Made by a program: the position numbers and the translations under genes. A DNA stretch of 64,000 bases, taken from the NCBI GenBank assembly GCA_022072255.1, contig JAJVHZ010000011.1, positions 108,927 to 172,926 on the forward strand, written 5' to 3'. Origin of the DNA: Gammaproteobacteria bacterium (GTDB lineage: Bacteria > Pseudomonadota > Gammaproteobacteria > JAJPIJ01). Below, piece after piece: positions 1 to 7,848 of this stretch (the first letter of the stretch is position 1; every line of letters begins with the position of its first letter). Below the pieces are notes generated by a model, which saw only the letters and a program-made list of their open reading frames with translations, was not told where the DNA came from and did no database searches.

Positions 1-1265
1 GCGTTGGTGCCCGCGGCGGTCGTATCGCCCGCGAGATTGGTGGTCGTGTAGGTGTAATCGATCGTCGCCGTCGTCGGCGCCGGTGCGGGGCCGGGCGCCG
101 GGGCCACCGGCGCCACGAGTCGCGGCACATCGCGCACGGCGCAATCCTCGGCCAGCCGTTCCTCGCGACCCTCGACCATGAACGACAGCGTGCCGCCCCA
201 GGGATCACGGTATTCGGACTGCGCGTGCGCGCCGATGATGAGCGAATCGGCGTCGTTGGAAAACGTCCCGTAGACCGTCGGGTCGTTGTAGGTTGTGAGG
301 GTGCCGTCGGTGTAGCGGTTGGTGACCTCGTTGAACTGGCTGACGTAGGCCCAGCCGCGATGCGACCACGGGCCCTCGGGGGAGTAGTCGGCGCTGACCT
401 GCGCGTAGTAGGCGCGCTCCTCGTCGACGCGCTCGTTGCGCGGCGGATTGACGAAGGGATCCTCGGTATCGTCGAACACGCTGGAGGGAACGCCGTGATC
501 GCCGTCGGCGAAATTGAAGGTGAGCCCGAATTCGAGATCGTTACTGGGCGTATAGGTTGCGTTCGCGTAAAGGGTTTCGCGGCGCCGATCGCTGTTCTCG
601 CGCAGGCCGCCGCCCTCGAGCAGCGTGGCGCGGAACTCCTCGGACAGATCGTAGCCGTCGCGTTCCTGGTGTCCGGCGCTGACCAGCAGGCCGAACTCCT
701 TGTTCGCCCCGGTGAAGGTGGCGACAACCCGGCGCTCATTGCCGTTGCCGACCTCCGTCAGCAGGTTGGCATGCTTGCCCTCCACGGCCTGCTTGGTGAC
801 GATGTTGATGACCGCGCCCAGGCCATTGTCGCCGTAGAGCTGGGACTGCAGTCCGCTGGTGATCTTGACGCGTGCGATCTGCTCGGTGGGGATAAGGGTC
901 GGGTCGAACTGGCCGTCGGCGGCATTGTTGAAGGGCACGCCGTTTATGAGCAGCTTGACGTGGCGCGTGCGCCGGCCGCGCACGTCGATGCGCGGCGTGC
1001 CATCGGCGCGGGTGGAGACGTTGACACCGGGCTCCAGTTCGATCGCCTCGTCGAGCGTCCGCGCCCCGCGACGCGCCACGTCCTCGCTCGACAATTCGCG
1101 CACCGAGCCGGCCTGCTCGACCACCGGCTGAGCGCCCGAGACCACGATCTCGCCGAGCTCGTAGGGCTGCGAGTCGACCTCCTGTGAGCCGGCAGGGCGC
1201 GCCGCCGCGAGTAGCGCTCCTGCGCAGATCAGCGGGATCCATCGGTAATTGGCGGCTGCTCGCAT
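1..1265 (-). CDS. TonB-dependent outer-membrane receptor. Only the N-terminal signal peptide and plug domain lie in the window; the C-terminus runs past position 1
   Basis: Minus-strand frame starts at ATG (plus-strand CAT at 1263-1265) and reads to the window edge without a stop. Hand translation: MRAAANYRWIPLICAGALLAAARPAGSQEV...YELGEIVVSG...TLDEAIELEPGVNVS...RGRRTRHVKLLINGVPFNNAADGQFDPTLIPTEQIARVKITSGLQSQLYGDNGLGAVINIVTK. This gives a signal peptide, a TonB-box-like segment and canonical plug-domain motifs. It is missing from the ORF track because there is no in-window stop codon. The antisense 225..1187 ORF is its shadow. Confidence 0.75.
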   Translation of the reverse strand, partial: MRAAANYRWIPLICAGALLAAARPAGSQEVDSQPYELGEIVVSGAQPVVEQAGSVRELSSEDVARRGARTLDEAIELEPGVNVSTRADGTPRIDVRGRRTRHVKLLINGVPFNNAADGQFDPTLIPTEQIARVKITSGLQSQLYGDNGLGAVINIVTKQAVEGKHANLLTEVGNGNERRVVATFTGANKEFGLLVSAGHQERDGYDLSEEFRATLLEGGGLRENSDRRRETLYANATYTPSNDLEFGLTFNFADGDHGVPSSVFDDTEDPFVNPPRNERVDEERAYYAQVSADYSPEGPWSHRGWAYVSQFNEVTNRYTDGTLTTYNDPTVYGTFSNDADSLIIGAHAQSEYRDPWGGTLSFMVEGREERLAEDCAVRDVPRLVAPVAPAPGPAPAPTTATIDYTYTTTNLAGDTTAAGTN

Positions 1266-1300
1266 GCGACCGTTGTGCAGGGGGAGGGACGGGCGAGACC

Positions 1301-1882
1301 CTATTCCTTGTGCAGCATGCGGTTCGTCGCTTTCCCCAGCAGCACGCCGATCATGCCGCCCGCGAATCCGAAGCACAGATGCGTCAGCAGCGGAAAGCCG
1401 ACGCCCGAGGCCAGCGAGCCGAACTTGAGATTCCAGCCGGCTGCGGCCGCCCACTTCCACAGGGGCTTGGTCGCGTGCCCGAGCGCGGCCATGGCGGCGA
1501 GGACGACCGGATTGCGCGAGGGCACGTATCGATAGAGCAGGTCGATGGTGAGCCCGGCCAGGAGAAAGCTGAAGCGCATGCCGAGCTCGTTGAAGCCGAA
1601 GACCGGGACGAAGGACGTCACGGCGGCGCTGGTGGCGATGGTGAGCGCCGCCCAGCGATGGCTGACGACGGTTCGGCCGAACATCATCAGCGCCATGTAT
1701 TCCAGGCCGTGATGGCCGGGCAGCCTCAGCGGCCAGTGCAGCAGGGCATGCAGGACCGGGATCGCCGCGCCCAGCCCGATCAGCAGAAGGAGCTGCTTCG
1801 TCTGCGTCGCGGTGGCGCCGACTTCAATATTGCTTGATGATTTCTTTTCTGACCACGCACCAGCGGCAGCTTGGGTCTTCAT
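1301..1882 (-). CDS. Polytopic membrane protein of about 4-5 TM helices, possibly a small-molecule transporter component
   Basis: 193-aa ORF with hydrophobic segments (LLLLIGLGAAIPVLHALL, AALTIATSAAVTSFVPVFGF, SFLLAGLTIDLLY, VVLAAMAALG, GVGFPLLTHLCFGFAGGMIGVLLG). It lies 36 bp upstream of the TonB receptor start on the same strand. The first 59 nt overlap the upstream gene, so the true start may be internal. Confidence 0.45.
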   Translation of the reverse strand: MKTQAAAGAWSEKKSSSNIEVGATATQTKQLLLLIGLGAAIPVLHALLHWPLRLPGHHGLEYMALMMFGRTVVSHRWAALTIATSAAVTSFVPVFGFNELGMRFSFLLAGLTIDLLYRYVPSRNPVVLAAMAALGHATKPLWKWAAAAGWNLKFGSLASGVGFPLLTHLCFGFAGGMIGVLLGKATNRMLHKE

Positions 1883-2600
1883 AGTCTTCGCCCTCGGATT
1901 CGACCAGCAGTACGGAGCGTCCGTGCCTGAGTATGGGCTTGGCCCACTCCGTGATTCTCATGCGCGTGTTCTCGTCGGTCAGCAGTTCGCCGTCGAGCGA
2001 GCGGTAGTCGTCGATGTCGACCAGCCTGCGCAGCTCCTTGATGGCATAAACGCCCGGCTCAAGCTCGCGCAGGCCGCGCAGCCACAGGAAGCGGCCGTCG
2101 TTGCCGCCGTGATGCAGGCCGACGGCGGCCAGCGAACCGATGACGCCCTGGCGGGTGCCGGTGAGGCCCTCCACGTAGATACCTTCCGCGCGCGCCGTCT
2201 CGTAGCAGTGGTCCATGGTGAGTACGGTCCGCTTCGCGCTCTCGGCGTAGGCGGCCACGCGGCCGTTGACCTGATCCGGCGTGGCGATGCAGAGGCCGGC
2301 GTCCGATCCGGGTGCGCTCTCGCGCGCAAGGTAACGGCGGCAGTACTCCGTGATCTCGACCCGCCGCGCGGTGTCGGCGGCGAACTCCAGGCAGGCGGCG
2401 CTGTTGTGCGAGGTGTAGGGGATGTCGGGGCTGACGAACAACTGGTGGCGGGTGACGCTCTTCAGAGAGGCCAGCCCATGCTCCGTGAGCTGGACGCCCA
2501 GCTCGCGGGCGCGGAAGCCCGTGCCCCGGCTGTCGAGGTTGTCGGTGTCGTCGATGCCGATCAGCAGAGCCGATCGCGACTCGGTATCCGTCTGTTCCAT
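1824..2600 (-). CDS. Hypothetical cytoplasmic protein with an N-terminal IGIDDTDN...RGTG motif. The motif is reminiscent of the TiaS kinase-like (DUF1743) N-domain, which is a weak inference
   Basis: 258-aa ORF MEQTDTESRSALLIGIDDTDNLDSRGTGF.... It is the first gene of the minus-strand operon (1824..2600 > membrane protein > TonB receptor) and sits downstream of the AT-rich promoter region at 2601-2880. Confidence 0.5.
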   Translation of the reverse strand: MEQTDTESRSALLIGIDDTDNLDSRGTGFRARELGVQLTEHGLASLKSVTRHQLFVSPDIPYTSHNSAACLEFAADTARRVEITEYCRRYLARESAPGSDAGLCIATPDQVNGRVAAYAESAKRTVLTMDHCYETARAEGIYVEGLTGTRQGVIGSLAAVGLHHGGNDGRFLWLRGLRELEPGVYAIKELRRLVDIDDYRSLDGELLTDENTRMRITEWAKPILRHGRSVLLVESEGEDYEDPSCRWCVVRKEIIKQY

Positions 2601-2880
2601 CGCGATCGTTCGCTCCCCGCATCAAGTTCGTCTTCGTGCATATACGGATACCCTCATATTGACCTGCCCACCCGCAACGGGCGTAGCATGCATGCAGCGA
2701 AAAGTGAATCATAAGTAACATTAATATAGACGCGTAACCCTTTTTTATGCAAGAAGAAATGGCGTCTAATCTCTTGCCGGCTACTGCGTGGCGCGCCAAT
2801 CTGGCCGTCGATGTAGGGCCGTGAATGCCAAGAAAACTCAACCGCCTCTACTCGCCTTCAAGATCACTTAAGGATTGATT
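2601..2880. promoter_or_regulatory. AT-rich divergent promoter region between the minus-strand operon starting at 2600 and the VPLPA-CTERM gene
   Basis: The 2690-2760 stretch (aaaagtgaatcataagtaacattaatatagacgcgtaacccttttttatgcaagaagaaatgg) is far below the window's GC content. The ribosome-binding site aagga lies 7-11 nt before ATG 2881. Confidence 0.4.
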
Positions 2881-3663
2881 ATGCCTACGATGCCAAGAAG
2901 AACTCACGCGAGCAAAACAGTTCGACGATTTGCTGGCCTGATGTCCGTCACGCTGGTCATGGCCGTCGGCCAAGTCGCGTCTGCCCCAGCCGCGACACTC
3001 GCCCTGTACGATTTCTCTTCCGGAACCGACGTGGCCTCGCGACTTGCAGCGACGACCGTTGGTAGCGGTGTCACGGCGAGTTCATTCAGCGAAACTGGCA
3101 CCGGGGACGCAAATGCAGGATTTCTTACACAGGCGGGCGATGCGGGGTCAACAGGCGGCGTTTATCAGCTTGGTCCGTGGGACGCAACTACACGATTGTA
3201 CTTCTCGATTACATTCGCCAATCCTACCAATCTGACGAGCTTCAGCTTCTGTAACCGGAGCGCTGGCGCGGGCGCGGGCGGGGGCGCCCAGCTTGGTGTT
3301 TGCGGCGGCACGTCGACCAACAATGCCACACCGTTTAGCGCATACAACCTGTTTCTTGCATCGGGTTCAGCGACAACCACCGGGGGAACGGCGCTATTCG
3401 CTACTGATCAGGCACCTGGTGGCGGGACACCCGTACTTCCCAGCCTCGACCTTTCGTCGGACGCGACTTTCCAGAACCTCTTGGGAACCTATACGTTCTA
3501 TTTTGCCGCGGCGGCTGGCGCCACGTTCGATGCGGCGCGGACGTGGCGAATTGACAATATCCTGTTGGAAGGTACCCCTGTCCCCCTGCCGGCCTCGTTG
3601 CCATTGTTGCTCGCGGCTCTAGGTGGTATTGGTGTGATAGGGCGCCGGCGCTACAGGAAATAG
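2881..3663 (+). CDS. Secreted Gly/Ala/Thr/Ser-rich protein with a C-terminal VPLPA-CTERM (PEP-CTERM variant) sorting signal
   Basis: Signal peptide FAGLMSVTLVMAVGQVASAPA. C-terminus ...TPVPLPASLPLLLAALGGIGVIGRRRYRK, which is a VPLPA motif, a TM helix and an Arg-rich tail. The track ORF starts with TTG at 2875; ATG at 2881 with a good ribosome-binding site is preferred. Confidence 0.7.
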   Translation: MPTMPRRTHASKTVRRFAGLMSVTLVMAVGQVASAPAATLALYDFSSGTDVASRLAATTVGSGVTASSFSETGTGDANAGFLTQAGDAGSTGGVYQLGPWDATTRLYFSITFANPTNLTSFSFCNRSAGAGAGGGAQLGVCGGTSTNNATPFSAYNLFLASGSATTTGGTALFATDQAPGGGTPVLPSLDLSSDATFQNLLGTYTFYFAAAAGATFDAARTWRIDNILLEGTPVPLPASLPLLLAALGGIGVIGRRRYRK

Positions 3664-3690
3664 CTGAATTCGACCAGCTTGGAATTCAAG

Positions 3691-3721
3691 GCCCCGCAAG
3701 CGCGGGGCTTTTCGTTTTTTT
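3691..3721 (+). terminator. Rho-independent terminator after the VPLPA-CTERM gene
   Basis: gccccgc-aagc-gcggggc is a 7-bp GC stem with a 4-nt loop, followed by ttttcgttttttt. Confidence 0.85.
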
Positions 3722-3770
3722 GGGGCACGAACAGGTCTGTGCGATCATGGCATTTGGCCCGTAGCCGCAA

Positions 3771-4601
3771 ATGCTCGAGAAAACTCTACGACAGGTGCTG
3801 CGCAAAATGGGTATGCGACTCATTTTCTTGTGGCTGCTGATTAGCGTCCATCCGCCAATGGTTCTTGCCGGCGGCAGGCTGGATGAGATCCGGGCGCGCG
3901 ACGTGCTGCGGGTCAGCGTCAAGAACGAGGGCGCGGTCACGCGCACCGAGCACAACGATCCCGCCCATTTCCAGAAGCGCAATTTCGAGATCGAGCTGGC
4001 CAGCCTCATCGCCGGGCGCATCCTCGGCGACGAGAAGAAGCTCGACCTGCAGGTCTTCAAGCGGCGCTACCGGCTCCCGGCGGTCGCCGACGGGACGGTC
4101 GACGTCGGCATCTCCATGTTCCCCGTGACCGAGGAGAACCGCGCGCTGGTCGATTTCTCCATGCCCTACTATTCGGGCGGGCTCGCCGTCCTGCAGAAAT
4201 CGGGCGCGCCGATACAGGCGCTCGCGGATCTCGACGGCAAGAGGATCGCCGCCATGGAGGAGAAGTCCCACGACCCCGGCGGCGAGCTGCAGGCGCTGGC
4301 GGCGGCACAGGGTGCGACTGTCGAGATCGAATATGTCTCCCGGTTTGAAGATGGCATCGGGATGATCGAATCGGGCGAGGCGGCCGGGATGGTCGCCATG
4401 CACGCCAACCTGGACGCCTTCATCGCCGACGGTCACCCGGACTACCACCGTTCGCCGCTGCTGTCTCACGAGGAGTATGCGGTGGCGGTGCGCAAGGGCG
4501 ACGACGATCTGCTGGCGATCGTCAACGAGGTCATCGCGGAGCTGAAGGATTCCGGAAAGCTGGCGACGATGCTCGCGAAATACCAGTTGACCGAGCAATA
4601 A
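3771..4601 (+). CDS. Periplasmic substrate-binding protein, ABC family 3 (amino-acid/opine-binding type)
   Basis: 276 aa with an N-terminal signal/anchor (MGMRLIFLWLLISVHPPMVLAGG). PBP3-like sequence with LRVSVKNE, YSGGLAVL and GKRIAAMEE motifs. An alternative start is at Met14 (about 3810). Confidence 0.7.
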   Translation: MLEKTLRQVLRKMGMRLIFLWLLISVHPPMVLAGGRLDEIRARDVLRVSVKNEGAVTRTEHNDPAHFQKRNFEIELASLIAGRILGDEKKLDLQVFKRRYRLPAVADGTVDVGISMFPVTEENRALVDFSMPYYSGGLAVLQKSGAPIQALADLDGKRIAAMEEKSHDPGGELQALAAAQGATVEIEYVSRFEDGIGMIESGEAAGMVAMHANLDAFIADGHPDYHRSPLLSHEEYAVAVRKGDDDLLAIVNEVIAELKDSGKLATMLAKYQLTEQ

Positions 4602-4752
4602 CACCTCCCGTGCGGCTGCCGAACACGAGGCGCTCTTCTCGGCCTCCAGCGCCGGCGTCTCAATCGATGCCGCCGGGTTCTCGACCGTGCCGCCACCGAC
4701 TGCCGGCGTGATCGGCACGTCCCGCATCCGCCCTTGAGACGTTCGCGGCTAT

Positions 4753-4962
4753 CTACTCGGTCGCGAGCATGACGTTGGAGGCCTTGATGACGGCCATCAC
4801 CTTCCGGCCCTTCTTCAGCGCGAGGTGATCCGCGGAGGCCCTGGTGATCATCGACACCAGCTCCGCGCCGCCCGGCAGCTCGATGGTGATCTCGCTGTTG
4901 ACCTCGCCGTGCACGATGGCCTTGACCTTGCCCTTCAGTACATTGCGTGCGCTGATCTTCAT
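4753..4962 (-). CDS. Molbindin, a single Mop/TOBE-domain molybdate/tungstate-binding protein (69 aa)
   Basis: MKISARNVLKGKVKAIVHGEVNSEITIELPGGAELVSMITRASADHLALKKGRKVMAVIKASNVMLATE is a textbook Mop domain (N[VQ]L.G.V). The ORF track fuses it into a 382-aa ORF at 4753..5901, but only the last 69 codons look like protein. The start ATG (plus-strand CAT 4960-4962) was verified. Confidence 0.8.
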   Translation of the reverse strand: MKISARNVLKGKVKAIVHGEVNSEITIELPGGAELVSMITRASADHLALKKGRKVMAVIKASNVMLATE

Positions 4963-5424
4963 GGCTACTCCCCCTCGGTTGGCCCCGAGTGGCATCATCC
5001 GGCATGGCGATCGGGGCTGGCAAGCACCGCATGGGGTGGAAGCACAGTTGGCGTGGGCCGGGGGCTGCCGGCGTCCGAGGAGCGTAGGGACCCGCCCTCC
5101 TGCAGGCTTCGAAAACCTGAAGTCGAAGAATCGGTGCGCTGCCCTGGCGCCGCATCCTTGGCGGTGCGACACGCGGGTCGCCCTGCCCACGGACCCGTGG
5201 GGATACGCGCAGATTCGCTCATTGCGCGTTTGTGTCTCCCGTTTCAAGCCCGACGGTCTCGGCGGGGCATCGACGCCGAAACCCGTCCACCCCATGACGT
5301 GCCCGTTGCCACGCGACTGCACACCGGAAAACGGCAGCGGCGCCCGCGCCCGCACATTTCGGCATGGAGTTGCATTTACACGTCGAACCGCACAGTAGTT
5401 TAATATTGGCTGCTCCACGGAGAG

Positions 5425-5444
5425 ATATGCTTGCCTGAGCATAT
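5425..5444. promoter_or_regulatory. Candidate operator palindrome ATATGCT-N6-AGCATAT between mop and tupB
   Basis: Perfect 7-bp inverted repeat atatgct tgcctg agcatat, 11 bp upstream of the tupB ATG and overlapping the likely promoter. ModE/TunR-type regulators bind AT-rich palindromes. Confidence 0.4.
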
Positions 5445-5455
5445 TAAGGTGAGAA

Positions 5456-6163
5456 ATGCGAGAAATGTCGGAGGCGGTCGCCGCGGCGGTCGATCTGGTG
5501 GCGCGCGCCGATCCGGAACTCGTCGAGATCGTGCTGTTGTCGCTGCGGGTCAGTGTCTCGGCCGTGATCATCGCGGCACTGATCGGCATACCGGCTGGTG
5601 CGGCGCTCGCCATGTTCCGGTTCCCGGGGCGCCAGGGTCTCGTCATCGCGGTCAATGCGCTGATGGGTCTGCCGCCCGTGGTCGTCGGCCTTTGCGTATA
5701 CCTGCTCGTGTCCCGCTCGGGGCCGCTCGGGAATTGGGGAATTCTGTTCACGGCCCCGGCGATGATCATCGCGCAGACCATCCTGATTGTACCGATCGTG
5801 ACGGCGCTGAGCCGTGGCGTGATCGAAGACCTATCGACCGAGCTGAGCGAGCAGCTGCGCTCCCTTGGAGTCGGAACCTCGCGCGCCATGTTGACGCTCA
5901 TCCGGGAGGCGCGTTACCGATTGGTGACCGCCGTGCTGGCCGGATTCGGGCGGGCGATCGCCGAGGTCGGCGCCGTGCTGATCGTCGGCGGAAATATCGC
6001 GCACCACACCCGCGTCATGACCACGGCAATCGCCCTGGAGACCTCCAGGGGCAACCTCGCCCTGGCGCTCGGGCTCGGACTCATACTGATCGCGGTTTCG
6101 CTGGCCATCAATGCGCTGGTCTATCTCACCAGCGGCATAGCCAGGCGGCGTGCGGGAGCGTGA
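5456..6163 (+). CDS. tupB: ABC transporter permease, tungstate/molybdate-type (TupB-like)
   Basis: 235-aa polytopic permease with an EAA-like loop (SEQLRSLGVGTSRAML) and the N-terminal PELVEIVLLSLRVS signature shared with ModB/TupB permeases. It is the first gene of a permease-ATPase-SBP operon. Confidence 0.7.
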   Translation: MREMSEAVAAAVDLVARADPELVEIVLLSLRVSVSAVIIAALIGIPAGAALAMFRFPGRQGLVIAVNALMGLPPVVVGLCVYLLVSRSGPLGNWGILFTAPAMIIAQTILIVPIVTALSRGVIEDLSTELSEQLRSLGVGTSRAMLTLIREARYRLVTAVLAGFGRAIAEVGAVLIVGGNIAHHTRVMTTAIALETSRGNLALALGLGLILIAVSLAINALVYLTSGIARRRAGA

Positions 6164-6166
6164 TGC

Positions 6167-6928
6167 ATGGCGCGGCCGGCGATTGAAGAGCAACCTGCGA
6201 TATCGGCGGGCGGGCCGTCGATACTGCCTCTCGTACTGCGCGACGTCTGCCTCAGCGCGGGCGGGCGGGCGCTGCTCGATCGGGTCAATCTGGTGTTGAC
6301 GGCTGGCGTGCGCACCGTGGTGCTCGGGCCCAACGGAGCCGGCAAGAGCCTGCTGTTACGGATCTGCCACGGGCTGATCTCCCCGAGTTCGGGAACGATG
6401 GAATGGACGGGGCCGGGCGCGACGGAGGCGCGCGTGCGACAGGCGATGGTGTTTCAGCGGCCGATGCTGCTTCGCCGGTCGGTCATCGCCAACGTCGACT
6501 ACGCCCTGGCGGTGCGGCGGATGTCCAGGGCGTTGCGAACGACCCGCGCGCGCGAGGCGCTGGAGATGGCCGGGCTGGCGCCGCTTGCGGAGCGCCCGGC
6601 GGGCGTCCTGTCCGGCGGCGAGCAGCAGCGCGTGGCGCTTGCGCGGGCCTGGGCGCTGGATCCGGAGGTCCTGTTTCTCGATGAGCCGACCGCCAACCTC
6701 GATCCCGCAGCCACGCGGGCGGTCGAGGAGGCCATCGCCGGGATCGCGCGCGGAGGCACGAAGATCGTCATGACGACGCACGACCTCGGACAGGCGCGTC
6801 GCCTCGCCGAGGAGATCGTCTTCCTGCATAACGGCCGCCTGCTCGAACAGCGGTCGGCCGCCGCTTTTTTTGCAGGGCCCGGGCACGAGGCGGCGCGCGC
6901 CTTCCTGCGCGGGGAGTTGCTGTGGTAG
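6167..6928 (+). CDS. tupC: ABC transporter ATP-binding protein (TupC-like; no C-terminal TOBE domain)
   Basis: Walker A GPNGAGKS, signature LSGGEQQRVALARA, Walker B VLFLDEPTANLD. 253 aa, so it lacks the Mop extension that ModC carries. The stop of tupB overlaps the start region. Confidence 0.75.
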   Translation: MARPAIEEQPAISAGGPSILPLVLRDVCLSAGGRALLDRVNLVLTAGVRTVVLGPNGAGKSLLLRICHGLISPSSGTMEWTGPGATEARVRQAMVFQRPMLLRRSVIANVDYALAVRRMSRALRTTRAREALEMAGLAPLAERPAGVLSGGEQQRVALARAWALDPEVLFLDEPTANLDPAATRAVEEAIAGIARGGTKIVMTTHDLGQARRLAEEIVFLHNGRLLEQRSAAAFFAGPGHEAARAFLRGELLW

Positions 6929-7792
6929 ATGCGTTCCGATCTTGAGATCCCGAGGATGAAAGGATCACTCAGTTGGGTTCGATTGCTCCTCCTGCTGGGA
7001 ACCGCAATCGTCGCGACGCTCGTACATCCGGCCGGTCGTTTCATCACGCTCGCCTCGACCACTTCCACGCAGAATTCCGGCCTTTTCGACTACCTGTTGC
7101 CCGAGTTCACAAGGAAGACGGGGATCGAGGTCCGTGTCGTCGCCGTCGGTACCGGCCAGGCGATCGAACTGGCCGAGAGCGGCGATGCCGACGTGCTGCT
7201 CGTGCATGACAGGGCCGGTGAGATGAAGTTCATGAGCGAGGGACATGGCGTCAGTCGCCGCGAGGTCATGTACAACGACTACGTCATCGTCGGACCGGGT
7301 TCCGACCCGGCGGCTGTACGGGGACTCAACGATGCGGCGCAGGCATTTCGCCGCATCGCCGATGCTGCAGCGAACTTTGTTTCGCGCGGCGACGACAGCG
7401 GTACCAATCGGCAGGAATTGCGGCTGTGGGAGGCCGCAGGGATCGACGCGAAGTCGGCCTCCGGCAGCTGGTACAAGGAGGTTGGAGCCGGCATGGGCGC
7501 CACGCTGAACACGGCCGTGGGTCTGGACGCGTACACGCTGACCGATCGCGCCACCTGGGCGACATTCCGCAATCGCGGCGACCTCGAGCTCCTGGTGGAG
7601 GGCGACCCGCGGCTTTTCAACCAGTACGCGGTCATCGAGATCAATCCCGTCCTGCATCCGGCGGTGAAGGCGAGTGACGCCCGGCTGTTCGCCGAGTGGC
7701 TGGTCTCCCGCGAGGGACAGGCGCTGATCGGGGCGTTCACGATCGACGGCCAGGCTCTTTTCTTCCCGAATGCGACGACACCAGAGAACTGA
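6929..7792 (+). CDS. tupA: Tungstate/molybdate ABC transporter periplasmic binding protein (TupA family)
   Basis: Signal peptide MKGSLSWVRLLLLLGTAIVA, with an alternative start at 6956. TupA-type anion-binding signature ASTTSTQNSGLFDYLLPEF...VVAVGTGQAIELAESGDADVLLVHDRAGEMKF...VMYNDYVIVGP. Confidence 0.75.
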   Translation: MRSDLEIPRMKGSLSWVRLLLLLGTAIVATLVHPAGRFITLASTTSTQNSGLFDYLLPEFTRKTGIEVRVVAVGTGQAIELAESGDADVLLVHDRAGEMKFMSEGHGVSRREVMYNDYVIVGPGSDPAAVRGLNDAAQAFRRIADAAANFVSRGDDSGTNRQELRLWEAAGIDAKSASGSWYKEVGAGMGATLNTAVGLDAYTLTDRATWATFRNRGDLELLVEGDPRLFNQYAVIEINPVLHPAVKASDARLFAEWLVSREGQALIGAFTIDGQALFFPNATTPEN

Positions 7793-7848
7793 CCCGACTA
7801 TACATCCGCCGATCCACCTGGGAGACGACGTTGAGCATAGGATTTGAA

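Noticed and set aside
225-1187. 320-aa + strand ORF, with overlapping 736..1242 and 859..1131 ORFs
   Set aside because: Low-complexity Gly/Val/Ala/Arg-rich translation. It lies antisense to a reading frame that translates into canonical TonB-receptor plug motifs, so it is a shadow ORF.
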